Source: Diplonema japonicum (Eukaryota > Protista > Euglenozoa: Diplonemea). Taken from it: DNA of 64,000 nt. Shown here piece after piece: positions 22,387-33,552 of this stretch. The notes under the pieces were generated by a model. The model saw only the letters and a program-made list of their open reading frames with translations. It made no database searches and had not been told where the DNA came from. The position numbers and the translations under genes are program-made. Position 1 is the stretch's first letter. Every line of letters starts with the position of its first letter. The stretch is from NCBI GenBank assembly GCA_964019335.1, contig OZ025738.1:1-64000 (forward strand), read 5' to 3'.

Positions 22387-22610
22387 CTAATGGAGGAGGG
22401 TGGTCTGTATACTTACCCTAGATGGCACCTCAGCCTCCAAGAGCCTGTTAAAAGTATCAAAACTCAAAACCAGTTAGTGCCTCCTCTCAAAACGATGGTT
22501 TCTAGTTTTCCGCAGCCAGACAAGAAGCCAGGACCAATGAAAGAAACACTATTGAAGGCAAGTCGATGGTTTCTAATTCGTTGCAGTGAGACAAGAAATA
22601 AGAACCATAG
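22387..22610 (-). pseudogene. 3' fragment of a UBL-LRR gene with indels
   Basis: Near-identical to 10997-11200 (FLSGCGKLETIVLRGGT) with an insertion at about 22460 and deletions. Confidence 0.85.
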
Positions 22611-23212
22611 CAGGAGAAACAGAAACTGACGCCACTGGGTAGATGGTAGACTCCTTTTCCTTCTTACTCTGTTGCGATGTCCACGACACTTGTGCCCCTG
22701 TGAGGATCTGACCCACCCGAAGATGCCGCCAGGTGGGGTTGTCAATTAGCTGCGACTGTGCTCTCATCACCAATGGGCACCGCAATCTGTCATGAGCCCG
22801 CAGGCCCGGCGCTAGACGCAAAGACTGAAAGTCAGGATACCGAAAGGTGATGTGCCGCCACCTCAGAAATCTGAAACGCGTACTTCTTACCACTGCCCCG
22901 GTTCAGCTGACTGCAGTGCAAATTTCTCGTTTCCGAAGCCAGCTATGAACTCACACCTCTCGAGTCTTAACAGACACCCCACAGCAGGAGCCTTATGTAC
23001 TTTGCGAACCCCCCCCCCCCCCCCCCCGACTCTGAGTGCAGTGATAAACGTCCCCATGCCACGTGATCAAAAAAGAAATAAGAAAAACAAACAAGAACCA
23101 CCTCCGTGTTCCCTGACTGCACAAAAAGCTAGGGGGATGTTGTTGTTTTATATATTTCGCCACCGGTACACTAAACGAAACATAGAATAAGAGGTTAGGG
23201 CTAGGGCTAGGG

Positions 23213-23563
23213 CTAGGGGCTGCTGTCAGGGTCGACCCAACCAGCTGGCGCCTGCCATGTCCTTGTTCCGCTGGGCTTATGGCAGTAGTAGCGATGACCC
23301 TGCTCGGTGCGAAACATCTGCCAACCATGGGGAAGGTCAGGGGGAGGAGCGGCGCTTGTGACACCAACCTTCTCTTCAACATCTACCTGTTGTGAAACCT
23401 CTCCGACGTCGGCCAAGCCAGGCAACACGTCACTACCCCCGAAGCTCGGAGCTTTCTTGCTTCCCTTTTTGCTCCAAAACCCGCACCCTTCCACCTTGTC
23501 TACCTTATCATATCCCTCCCGACCACTGATGGAGGGAGGCGCCTTGAACAGCTTTGGTGCCAT
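23213..23563 (-). CDS. Small WW-domain protein
   Basis: LPHGWQMFRTEQGHRYYCHKPSGTRTWQAP; ATG after a TTTGCAG acceptor. Confidence 0.75.
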   Translation of the reverse strand: MAPKLFKAPPSISGREGYDKVDKVEGCGFWSKKGSKKAPSFGGSDVLPGLADVGEVSQQVDVEEKVGVTSAAPPPDLPHGWQMFRTEQGHRYYCHKPSGTRTWQAPAGWVDPDSSP

Positions 23564-23625
23564 TACCTGCAAATGCTAGTGGTGTCGTACAAAGTATATT
23601 AAACTGCAGGAAAGGGAAGGAAGGT

Positions 23626-23690
23626 AAGGGAAGGGAAGGGAAGGGAAGGGAAGGGAAGGGAAGGGAAGGGAAGGGAAGGGAAGGGAAGGG
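23626..23690. repeat. (AAGGG)n microsatellite
   Basis: Read directly. Confidence 0.95.
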
Positions 23691-23829
23691 GTGTCTCAAG
23701 CGTCTCATCTAACAAGCGCACCAGTACGCGCCTCGCCGACCACGAAGCCTGTTGTCCGCATTGCCCATCTTTGCTTATTTTCAACCGACACAAATTAAGG
23801 AACAGTCCGTTGTTTGTATGTGCCGGTCA

Positions 23830-24359
23830 CTAAACATTTACACAAATACCACCAGCGCCCTTTAAGCAAGTCAGGGCCATTTCCCTCCCGTACGGGATGT
23901 AGGATAGCCCATACCATACCAGGGCACAGTACTGTGTTTTGGTCTTACAAGGTGCTGACTGTTCGCCATTCATACCTGAATAAAACTAAGAACGATCGCT
24001 AGCAGCGGGCTGTGCACGAGAAGCGCTGCAGCGACAGTACCAACAAGGCACAGGAGGTACACAGAAGTGGCGACCCTTCTCTTCTCGTGAAACATAGTGG
24101 TGGCCTGTCTCTTAAAGCCCACGAGAAACCCGGTGCTGAGCAGCGAGATTGTGTTGCCCAGCGACATGAGCACACTGTACCTTATCATGTGACGCGTCAG
24201 TAATGAGATGTAAGACAGCACAGAGCACAAGACACCAAGCACCATGCAACCAATAAAGCAATAGACCCTGTCCTGCCACGTCAGCCCCTTGAACAGCGAA
24301 CTGTCCTCCTCCGCCTCTTCGACATTTAATGAAAGTAAGTTAGGCATACCTCCTTGCAT
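23830..24359 (-). CDS. SFT2: Got1/SFT2-like vesicle transport protein; intron 23932-23975
   Basis: LTWQDR..F..SLGN..STGFLVGFKRQ..MF..R; removing a 44-nt GTATGA..ACAG intron restores YCALVWYGLSYIPYGR. Confidence 0.9.
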
Positions 24360-24499
24360 TGCGGGTTAAAAAAACAAAGCAAAGGGTCTCTTCGAGAAAA
24401 AGAAAAAAGAAAAAAAGAAAAAAAAAAAAAAAGAGACATTTAAGGGTACCTGCGGTATGTGGCAGGACGCCTGAAGAGTCTCAATCTATCTCTTGATCG

Positions 24500-24860
24500 A
24501 ACCTTTCTGCTGTGGTGTGGCCTTCGCCCCCTCGTTCACCCTCCTCGGTACCTTAGGTATAAAACCCTCAACCGAGTTGGTAAGGACACAATAGTTGTAC
24601 AGTTGTTTCTCACCGGGGAGGCGAATACCGGTCTAGAGGAGTAGCCCCTTACGGAGCTGTTGTAGTAACCCAACGTGCGCAGGGAGTGGACAGAAACTAC
24701 TGACGCAGCTGGGATGAGGGGCGCTATGCCCTTACTGGTGTGGATGCGTTCTAGTGCCGTTATCACCCGGCCTATTACACGCGCGCTCACTTGGATGTCC
24801 TCACCCTCTTCACAAGGTGAGAGTCCAAGAAAGAAAACCTTTAGTATCAAAAATCGACCA
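24500..24860 (-). mobile_element. Degenerate LINE ORF2 C-terminal remnant
   Basis: VHSLRTLG..VRGYSSRPVFAS resembles VKSLIAIG..IGFSRRPIFAT of 40573..42585. Confidence 0.6.
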
Positions 24861-25521
24861 AAAGAAATACCTAAAACTTGTTGTCTGGCTCAAACCCTGG
24901 GCCCTTCTTTTTGGAAAATAAGGGTCGACGTTACATAGAGCCACCACACTTCTGTTCCAGAACCCCGCCTCAAAAAGATCACATATGGGCATTGTTCTGG
25001 CCTAAAGGCCCAATAACTGCTGGCTGCACTTCGGTTCATTAACACAATGGAACTAACACACGAAAAACCTTGTGCAGAAACTGGCGACCCGAAATGCTGT
25101 TGAAACGCACAACACCCATTTAAAAGGCCCCAGGAAGATCTTAAGGAGCCTCTAAAAGGTTTGATGGTGCTCTCTTCGTTCTTAAAACGATGAAAATGGG
25201 GCTTTGATTGCAACACTAGGTGGCGTTAAGCGTGCAATGAAGCACGAACTACCTACTTGATTACAGGGGGCGCGCCGCGGCCGAGCAGTAGCTTCTGCGT
25301 TCCGCGTCGTGTCCTTAATGCGGTGTGCTCAACCCTAGCCGGGGCTTCCCGGGTAACCAAGATTCTGCGCTCGTGCAGTTTGCTGCCTGTTCGTCACCCT
25401 GAGCATCTGCGTTACGTTCTTCCACTCGGGCGCTACCGGTGATGACCGACGAGGAGGTCAACAGCGAACAACACATCTGATGTACTTCTTATATTTTCAT
25501 GTTATCCCCACCACCTTTTAG

Positions 25522-25635
25522 AGGATACAGCACCAGGGCTTCCCACGTGATCACTCACCGCAGTACTAACCTGGCCTGCTGGTGCTTAACTTCCCAAATC
25601 AGGCGGGATGGGGTGCATTCACCATGGCCGTATCC
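25522..25635 (-). rRNA. 5S rRNA copy (114 nt, short 5'-internal deletion, no oligo-T terminator; probable pseudogene or retrocopy)
   Basis: GGATACGGCCAT..CCCATCCCG..GAAGTTAAGC..GGTTAGTACT..GTGATC..TGGGAA..GTGCTGTATCCT; terminal helix I is complementary. Confidence 0.88.
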
Positions 25636-25937
25636 TGAAAAAGAAACCACTTTGAAAAATCCCAAAACAGGAAATGCTACACACTCGAGAATATGAAGCA
25701 TCCTCAGGGAGGAAAACAACAAGAAAAAAGAAAAGAAAAAAGACCCCCAATGGTCCAATGATTTTACAGTTTTACAAGATTAAAAAAAAAAAGATTGTTG
25801 GTCCTTCTGGGTGCTTATAAGAAATCTGCTTCTCCAGCCCGCTTCAGGCTGCCTTCTCCTTGCCTCCCTTCTTCTTGCCTTTGCTGGGTTCCCCGCAGGG
25901 AGCATACTGTGTGTGTGTTTCTTTTGTTCGACTCACG

Positions 25938-26822
25938 TCACACCTTGAAAATCTCATCAATGTCAACAACAGTTCTTTTGATGAAGCTGCTCACGTCAAA
26001 CGTGTCTGGTGACGTTGGTCCTCCAGTCTCCCCATGGCGGAAGGGGCTGAATAAGTACGCCCTCACGTACGAAAAGGTTCCGTAAAGGAAGAGCGTGTGG
26101 AGAAACGACAAAAGTGGAGCAGTTGTAGGGTGCGAAACCGCAAGAGTGATAGGAGTCAAGATCAGTGAAGTGTAAACCAGCAGCCTGGTGATAGGGTGGT
26201 AAACCTTAGGAAGCGTCTGGGTCATGTGCATTGAAAGGTCTTCTGTCGCTGTGATAAGGGAGTCGCGCCCAAGCTCCAAGGTATAGCCTGCGATGTACCT
26301 TGTGTTCTGTAAAGCTGTGCGGTCATCGGCATCAAGGAAGCCCAATGCAATGCGAACAAATCGGCTTGCGATCACAGCGTGGGGGGACTTCGTCTGCTCG
26401 ATGATAGACTTCTCCTCCTTCGTGACGCACTGGCAGCGCATCACCCAATCCTTCACTTCTACATCTTTAGGGCGGATGGATGTTGTGTTCGCGTACAGCA
26501 TCACCTTCAGCATGCGCTTCAGCTCCTCCCTCTCCTGCTTCTTGTCGAACGTGCTGCATATCCTGCTCCCCATCTGCCTGTGCCCGACCATCACAGTCCC
26601 CATGAGGTCCCTCAACTTCCACCACTTTGCGAACCCTGTGCTATTGTAAAAACCTACGTAGAACATTGTCATGAACGTGATCCAGCCCATTGGAGATTCC
26701 GACACAAACGCCCCCAGAGACGGCGTGTGCTGTATGAAGCTGCCTGCTGCAACGGAGACAGCTGTACTCACCACGCACCACATCACGACATCTGCAGGCA
26801 CCCCTTGCAACACAAGCGACAT
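25938..26822 (-). CDS. Bestrophin-like membrane protein
   Basis: FYVGFYNSTGFAKWWKLR (RWW-like), LP..Y, PF motif and TM spacing; start at MSLVLQ inferred. Confidence 0.7.
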   Translation of the reverse strand: MSLVLQGVPADVVMWCVVSTAVSVAAGSFIQHTPSLGAFVSESPMGWITFMTMFYVGFYNSTGFAKWWKLRDLMGTVMVGHRQMGSRICSTFDKKQEREELKRMLKVMLYANTTSIRPKDVEVKDWVMRCQCVTKEEKSIIEQTKSPHAVIASRFVRIALGFLDADDRTALQNTRYIAGYTLELGRDSLITATEDLSMHMTQTLPKVYHPITRLLVYTSLILTPITLAVSHPTTAPLLSFLHTLFLYGTFSYVRAYLFSPFRHGETGGPTSPDTFDVSSFIKRTVVDIDEIFKV

Positions 26823-27723
26823 GTCCTTTTGTTTATCTTCTGACAGAATAAAAAGCGAAAAAAGTAACATATTAAAAAAAGAATGTCCGTGCGCAACATG
26901 GAAGCCGCTTATCTTGATCACAATTCCCACTCACACATCACCCCGTGCGTTGTATCTGAGTACTCCGAGAAGCGCATCTGGTGATCGCTATCCATCACAA
27001 GGGAGGCCCAAGAACGTATAAAAGGCTCAGGAAGCAGAACATCACAAAGCTAGTGAGCCGGCACGCAATGCATCTGAAGACGAGATAGAGACATTCAACG
27101 CAACAGAAATGTGTAACCCTGTAATAAATATAAAGCCAGGTATCAGCAGCTAGAATAAAACTAGAAAGGAAGCTGTGAGTAGGTTGTTCTTCTCCTCGGT
27201 GAACCTGTAGTAGGGCAGTATCCTGTTCGTAAAAACAGTTCTTTTCTGCCTTTGTCCTGCTCGAATCAAAAAAAAAGAAAAAGTTTAAAGATGAAGCCTA
27301 CTCAATAACAAGTGTCAGGTCACTGTGACCTTTACCAAAAGTAGCACATGAGGTTTGCACGTGTTGGCGAACTGGCCCTCACCCATCCACACTTTAACAA
27401 CAGGCACTGACACTTACTGAGGACTGCTTCTCTACTTCCCCACCGAACCCACACCTGATTTAAATTGATTTTGGAAAGACGGGGGTCAAGCTAAAACCTG
27501 TCCGGAGACTAAGGGGGAGGAATATTTATTTATGAGTAGTCAGTTCAGCAATAGAACGGCAGCTAGATGGGCGCCACAACAACAAGAGGAAACCATGACT
27601 GATCAATGTTCTCTACGTCTACAGTCCTACACTTCCTTGTAAAAGGAGATATGAAGGAAATGAAAGAAACCGTTTACAGGATTCAACGCAACAATATGCG
27701 CAAGTTACAAGTACATGTTACAA

Positions 27724-30700
27724 TTACTTCTTTTCGGTCAGCTTTGCATAGATCTTCTTTGCCAGATAAACCCAGTTGCCAGTGTTACCTTGTGGGCCGA
27801 GCGGGGTGCTAAGAAGTGCTGGGAAGAACAGCATCGACCAGAATAGGCTGTATCCGATGGTCATGAACATCATTATCCCGAACTTGTTGAAGAAGACGAT
27901 AACGGGAAAGAACAGGAAGGCAGAGGCTCCAAGAGTGCTGATGGCCCCTGACACTACCGATATCCCAACACGTGCTAGCATGTGGCGTATGCGGCCCTCC
28001 CTGTCTTGGCTTTCAGCCTCTACGTAAGACTCTGCTAAGTGAGCCACGAAGTCCACAGCGAGACCAGGAATCATCACCAAACCAACACTTTCCAAGACAC
28101 CAAGCTTCCATCCCAAAAGCACGATGGTGCCCAAACTGCAGAGGACCACGAGGGAAATGACTGTTGTTGCGAACAAGGCAATGATGATGTTTGTAGTAGC
28201 CAGGGTGAGCACACACAAGGCAAGCAGAATAGAGAGCATGATCCCACTGAACGCCTCAGATATCAACTTGTCCCTCACGAAGACGAAAACAAGAGATGAC
28301 TGCCACCCTGCTGCTTCGTTTGCCACCTCCAAGCACGGGGGCTTCGTGTATTGCTCCTTCATGAAGTCGTCCCATAACCCCCACAGGGCCATCCCGTCAC
28401 CAGAGTCTATGGACCTCGTCGCCGTGAGCTTCAGCTCTGCCATTACGAATCTCAGAGTTGGGGTGTTATCCACCAGCTCACCGTGGATGTGCTTCTTCCA
28501 TGCAGATATCACTGACGGCGCTCGCAGCCACAGTACCATCAGGTCATAGAATCGGTCCTGGTCCCCAGTGGGGCCCGTGATGGCGGCCCACGTACTCGTT
28601 CCATTATTCATGTCGACCCACCTCTTGAAGTCGGCTACAAAACACTGGATTGGGTAATCGGGGTAGCCGCCTGTCTTCCGCGCGTCAGACTTCGCCTCCG
28701 CCGCCTCACAGATTGAAAGAATGCAATTTGCAGCCTTCGCCATGCTGAACTGTGGATTCCACACAGGGTTCCCGAGGTTCTTTGTATCTGTTGCCCTTGT
28801 CCCCGCACGGTCGATGGGCTCGGCAGCGAACCCCCATGCAAACTTGATGAGGATCGAGTCGTCGGACCCGCCACGGTTGAAGAAGGCAGGCTTCGTTAGC
28901 ATGAAGGACTGGTAGTTGTTTGAAGTAGGAAGGAAGCGAGGGTTATCGGGGTCGGCCTCGATCTGCGCACCAGTGATGCCCAAACTGACACCCAGTGCGA
29001 TAAAGATAGCAAGGATGACCACTCGGGCGCGGAGGACCCCATCGGTGTACGAGGAGTAGAACCAGTCGCTGATGGTCGGTGGGGGAACATCCTTGTCAAC
29101 ATCATCCACTGGAACATCGCCGCTCTCATTGTCATCGGGGGCCACGGGGGCTACCTTGCGGGTGTGCTTCTTCCGCGTCCCGTCTATCATTGCCGACACC
29201 TTGTCTGCCAAACCGAAGCAGAAAGGGACCTGTGCCCACTTCGCAGTGTACAGCATCACGACGGTAGGGTAGTAGATCATTACCGCGCTGTAGTTCACAA
29301 GGACCAGCATGGCAGCGAAGAGGCCGAAGGTCTGGATGGCAGGAAACGACGAGTTCGCATTCGACATAAACGAAAACATGGTACTCAGACTCGTGACAAG
29401 CATAGCCTTCCCTGCGTGCTTCCACGTCCACAGCAGCCGCTTCCCGTGAGCCGCCTCATCGAACCTTGAAGCAGACTGCTCCCAGGTATCAAGGAACACG
29501 AAGATGTCGTCAGCACCGATACCCAAAATGATGAATATACACAACATGTTGAACACACCGAAGTACCGCTGCTGGAAAACAGCGAAATAAATCATATAAG
29601 CGGGTGCTGTGGACATGACGATCTGGCCCATGCCCATGATAGAGAGCCACCAGGAAGAGGTCATGAAAGCGATATAGAAAAGAACGAAGAGCATGGAGGC
29701 CATCATGAACATGGCGTCCGCTATAAGCTGTTTGCTAATGAAAAGATTAAGCATGCCGTGCCCGTTGAAGAGGTAGCTGACTCCATCGTGCCCCACCGCG
29801 CCCCCACCGTCGAGGGGGCTGTCGTATGTATCGTAAAGGAACTCAGCTAGCTTGTCAGACTGCCCGTCAGCGTCGTCGTTCACCGTCTTGTACCCCTCGA
29901 AAGGCACACCGAAGGTAAAGACGGTAAGAGCTGCCCGAACGATCTGGTTCCCTGAACCAAACTGCGAGTCGACAAGCCGCAAGAAATTCCAGGAATTCAG
30001 CCCAGCTGGGGTGCGGACATCGGGGATTGAGTTAGCATAAACGCTTGTCTTAATCCCTTTGAAGGTATCGTTGACAACCATCTCGGTCGGGCTGCAGGAC
30101 TGACCTACCTTCGGGCAGTACATGAGCCCAACGGGCTTACTTAGAAGCGACTCGCAATCCACGCCAAGGGAGGGGTCACACGACCAGAAGATCGTGTGGT
30201 GCTTGGCACAAGGGTGCGGAAGGCTGTTCACGATACGGATCTGCTCGGCGTTGCTAGCCTTCTCGAGTTCGATCTCAGACTGGCTGTACTCCTTCAGGCA
30301 GTACTTCTCGTAATCTGGCATCGCGGTGATCCGCTGCTCGAACTTGTTCACAGCAGCGATCAGATCAGACTCCAGCATGTCCCCGAACCGTGGAAGGTAC
30401 ACGATCTCGAGGGTAAGGTCTTCCCTGTCGCCGCCAAGTGACTCAACTGACTGTCGTAGTTCTTCTACCGGCTGGTCCAAGGAGTAGTCAGCTTCATCCA
30501 TACCTGCTGTCAGAGCATCTGCCCTCTCCTGCGTCACATGGTCACGGAGATACAGCGGGACGTCGTTAGAAAAGGGGAAGAAGGTGCTCCCCAAGCCCAG
30601 GATTAGTACGATGAACAAGAAGAACACAAAGCAGTAAGACCCGCATGTCAGGCAGTACGCCTTGCTCGGGTTATTCGCCACCCCATCGCAGAAGGCCTCG

Positions 30701-30771
30701 AGCTTGGCCGCTAGAAACGCTTTCTTTTGTTCCTCAGCCTCAACTGACTGCTTTTCGTGGTCGTCAGACAT
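27724..30771 (-). CDS. Dispatched/Patched-family RND transporter with sterol-sensing domain
   Basis: GIGADD and GLAVD motifs, MLVTSLST, 1+5+1+5 TM layout, 1015 aa. Confidence 0.9.
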   Translation of the reverse strand: MSDDHEKQSVEAEEQKKAFLAAKLEAFCDGVANNPSKAYCLTCGSYCFVFFLFIVLILGLGSTFFPFSNDVPLYLRDHVTQERADALTAGMDEADYSLDQPVEELRQSVESLGGDREDLTLEIVYLPRFGDMLESDLIAAVNKFEQRITAMPDYEKYCLKEYSQSEIELEKASNAEQIRIVNSLPHPCAKHHTIFWSCDPSLGVDCESLLSKPVGLMYCPKVGQSCSPTEMVVNDTFKGIKTSVYANSIPDVRTPAGLNSWNFLRLVDSQFGSGNQIVRAALTVFTFGVPFEGYKTVNDDADGQSDKLAEFLYDTYDSPLDGGGAVGHDGVSYLFNGHGMLNLFISKQLIADAMFMMASMLFVLFYIAFMTSSWWLSIMGMGQIVMSTAPAYMIYFAVFQQRYFGVFNMLCIFIILGIGADDIFVFLDTWEQSASRFDEAAHGKRLLWTWKHAGKAMLVTSLSTMFSFMSNANSSFPAIQTFGLFAAMLVLVNYSAVMIYYPTVVMLYTAKWAQVPFCFGLADKVSAMIDGTRKKHTRKVAPVAPDDNESGDVPVDDVDKDVPPPTISDWFYSSYTDGVLRARVVILAIFIALGVSLGITGAQIEADPDNPRFLPTSNNYQSFMLTKPAFFNRGGSDDSILIKFAWGFAAEPIDRAGTRATDTKNLGNPVWNPQFSMAKAANCILSICEAAEAKSDARKTGGYPDYPIQCFVADFKRWVDMNNGTSTWAAITGPTGDQDRFYDLMVLWLRAPSVISAWKKHIHGELVDNTPTLRFVMAELKLTATRSIDSGDGMALWGLWDDFMKEQYTKPPCLEVANEAAGWQSSLVFVFVRDKLISEAFSGIMLSILLALCVLTLATTNIIIALFATTVISLVVLCSLGTIVLLGWKLGVLESVGLVMIPGLAVDFVAHLAESYVEAESQDREGRIRHMLARVGISVVSGAISTLGASAFLFFPVIVFFNKFGIMMFMTIGYSLFWSMLFFPALLSTPLGPQGNTGNWVYLAKKIYAKLTEKK

Positions 30772-31733
30772 TTTACCCTCCTTTTATCTTGTATCTTATA
30801 TAAGCCTGGTGTGAGGATGAGTATAAAAAAAAAACAGTTCTTGAAGAGATATGATGTACGGGGGGGGGGGAAGAAAAGAGAAAAGAAAAAAAAAACAGTG
30901 AATAGCTAATCGCCCAGCCATCAAGAGAATTAGGTGATTAAGGTGGTCCACCTAATTATTGTGTTTTGCCTACCATACCAGCTATAAGATAACAGTGTGT
31001 GAATCCACCTTCGCACCGTTGAAGGCGCTTCTGCAAAGAAGATCCTTTCTGGTTTACAATGGTGGATAAGAGTAAAAAGAAGCTTACAAGGATTCAGTGT
31101 GTAGGGGGGGGGGGGGGGGGGTGCCCACTGTACCTATAACCCCTACACGTTACAAAATAAATGGATTATGAAAAAAAAGAGAAAAAAAAAGAAAAATGAA
31201 AATGAAAAAAAAAGAATATGGTAAAAAACTTGTCTTTTCGTTTTCTTTTCTTCTTTTCGGCTTTCTTTCTCGTTCGTTATCATCGTTAACCATATTGCAT
31301 TTGAATAAAGGAAACGTGAGGGAAAAAAAAAAAAAGAAAAAGAGAGAGAAAAAAAAACTCGATCTATCTTTGCAGTGCGCTACTTGGTGGCCCACCACAA
31401 AAAAGAATTCAAATCTAGCAAGGGGTGACGAAAGGGGAATACATATACGAAGGATAAAGGAAAGTGTGGTGTCAATTCCTGCTTTTAGAAAAAGCTCTAA
31501 AAGAGCTGGTGGGCTGTTGTGGCTAAAAGCCGGCAAGCTTGCACCCTGACCCTTCTATTGTGCTTCTCCCAGGAATTGCTTAAGCACACCACGTAACTAG
31601 CGAACGGAATTGAAATGGTTGGTGGGAACTTACGCACCACCAAGACGGACTAGCGAAGAGAGAAGAACTGGAAGAAAAAAATAATGTCAACCCAAAAACA
31701 AAAAAAAGAAAAGAAACCGTTTCACATTAACTA

Positions 31734-33434
31734 CTATAGAATGAAAGTTTCAAATGTGTTTATCCCTGATACCCTCACGCGCAGATCTTCTCTTTCCAAG
31801 GAAGTGGCTGTGCCGTTCTTCTGCTTGTCAAGGTCGAGGTACCTCAGGGCACGTTCCTTGTCCTGCAGGAGGTAGTGCTTCCCCGCGTCGTTGTAGTCTT
31901 CCCAAAGGTTATCTCGCAGCTCGTACATCCACTCGGCATCGCCTGTACCTTCATGAGGGTCCACCGACAGCACCTCGTACAAGAAGAGAGGTGTTTCCAA
32001 GCTGGTTCTGAAGACAACGCGGACCACCAGAATGCGCATGGTAATGCAGTACGAGGTGTCGGTGTACACAGTCGAACAGCATATGATACCAGTCTGCCGC
32101 GAAGCTCCAAACCGCTCAACCGCAGAGGCAGCGACTATGGCACGCCCGACGGCACAGAATGACATTAGCTCCGCGCACCCGAAGTACCCACAGTAAGCGT
32201 ACCCGGCTGTGATGCCACTTGTGACATTTGTGCCCATCGTCTTCAAAGCTTTCCGCAGCTCCTGACATGCCTTCACAGCGTTCATCGAGTGTGAACTGCA
32301 CTTCTTTGACGCGTTGAAAGAAGCATGGACATGGTCCCCAAGCACCGACCCTACCACACCCCCGTACTTCCCGAGGCAGTCCAGCACTACATTGATATAC
32401 CCTGTGTAGCTTACGTGGAAGGCATGCATGTCGTCTTCAATATTGTCATGCGACCCCACCATGTTCATCACCGTGTATGTCACACGGCGTCGTTCAGTGG
32501 GAGGGGGCTCCTTGATGCTGATCCGCTGGCTCCCTGTCCCGACGCCCTTCTCCTCTTCCAACAGTATCGTTTCATGCGGTGCGACGGTCTCGTCCTCTTC
32601 GAAGTCCTCTCCGTACAAGCACGACTGCGGGAGGTATGAACGATACGCCTTAAGGTTCTCGAGGATATCGTTGAAGGCGCCGTACAAAGGGACTGGTAGG
32701 CTGGTGCTGTTAATGGTGCTCTCTGCCTCGGCAAGGTCAAACCGCGAGAGGGAGTCTGCGATACGCTCCGCAGCTGATATAACATCGTTCATCTTGTCAT
32801 GCTCTTTGTACAGACGATCGGCGAAGCCCCTTGTGAAGTAGTAGTCGAGGAGGAAGATCAACGCTTGTGCCATAAAAATCAAAACCGCGGATCGCCACGC
32901 TATTGAGCACGGGAGGGTCTCGCACTGGCACGCGGTCTGTCTGTCGCCCTGTGCGGGGAGGAAGGAAAAGTCATAGAACCCAAGACGCATGACGTTCTCC
33001 ATGGCGAGAACGAGAAGCCAGACGAAAAGAATACCGACGAGGTTACGCGTGACGCGCGGCTTGAGCCTGCACACAAGACATATGTCGAGCAAGATAATGT
33101 AACCAGACCACATCAGAAACTGCCCGGTAGTGATGAGCTGATAGTCGACAAGGATGGTAGTGGCAGCATAGCCATACATAGACATCTCAATGAGCCCGTA
33201 GCGAAGCTTCTTCTCATACAGCATCTGGGCCGTACACAGAAACCCACTCAGGAGTGCAGGCACGGACATGACCAGACGTATGTCCCTGTGCTCGAGGTTA
33301 TTAATGAAGGTCACCATGTACAGCACCACAGCCATCACACTGCTGGCAAATACAACCTTTTTCTTAAACACCTCCTGCGGGCTATCCAAGGGCCTCATGA
33401 CACACCGCAGAGACAGCAAGCTGGATATCTTCAT
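31734..33434 (-). CDS. Multi-TM receptor with only a degenerate cyclase-like domain
   Basis: TM region paralogous to 33553..35649 (DICLVCRL, DYYFTRGFA, YRSYLP); lacks FTDI/TIGDA; start MKISS inferred. Confidence 0.8.
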   Translation of the reverse strand: MKISSLLSLRCVMRPLDSPQEVFKKKVVFASSVMAVVLYMVTFINNLEHRDIRLVMSVPALLSGFLCTAQMLYEKKLRYGLIEMSMYGYAATTILVDYQLITTGQFLMWSGYIILLDICLVCRLKPRVTRNLVGILFVWLLVLAMENVMRLGFYDFSFLPAQGDRQTACQCETLPCSIAWRSAVLIFMAQALIFLLDYYFTRGFADRLYKEHDKMNDVISAAERIADSLSRFDLAEAESTINSTSLPVPLYGAFNDILENLKAYRSYLPQSCLYGEDFEEDETVAPHETILLEEEKGVGTGSQRISIKEPPPTERRRVTYTVMNMVGSHDNIEDDMHAFHVSYTGYINVVLDCLGKYGGVVGSVLGDHVHASFNASKKCSSHSMNAVKACQELRKALKTMGTNVTSGITAGYAYCGYFGCAELMSFCAVGRAIVAASAVERFGASRQTGIICCSTVYTDTSYCITMRILVVRVVFRTSLETPLFLYEVLSVDPHEGTGDAEWMYELRDNLWEDYNDAGKHYLLQDKERALRYLDLDKQKNGTATSLEREDLRVRVSGINTFETFIL

Positions 33435-33552
33435 CTTACAGTGAAACCCGCTACCCCCCCTTCCTTGATCGAGTATGCACCAGAAAAGAAAAAAAGAAAA
33501 AGAAAAAACTGAAGATGAAGAGACGTAAAAATACTGCTGTAAAGCATGGGAC

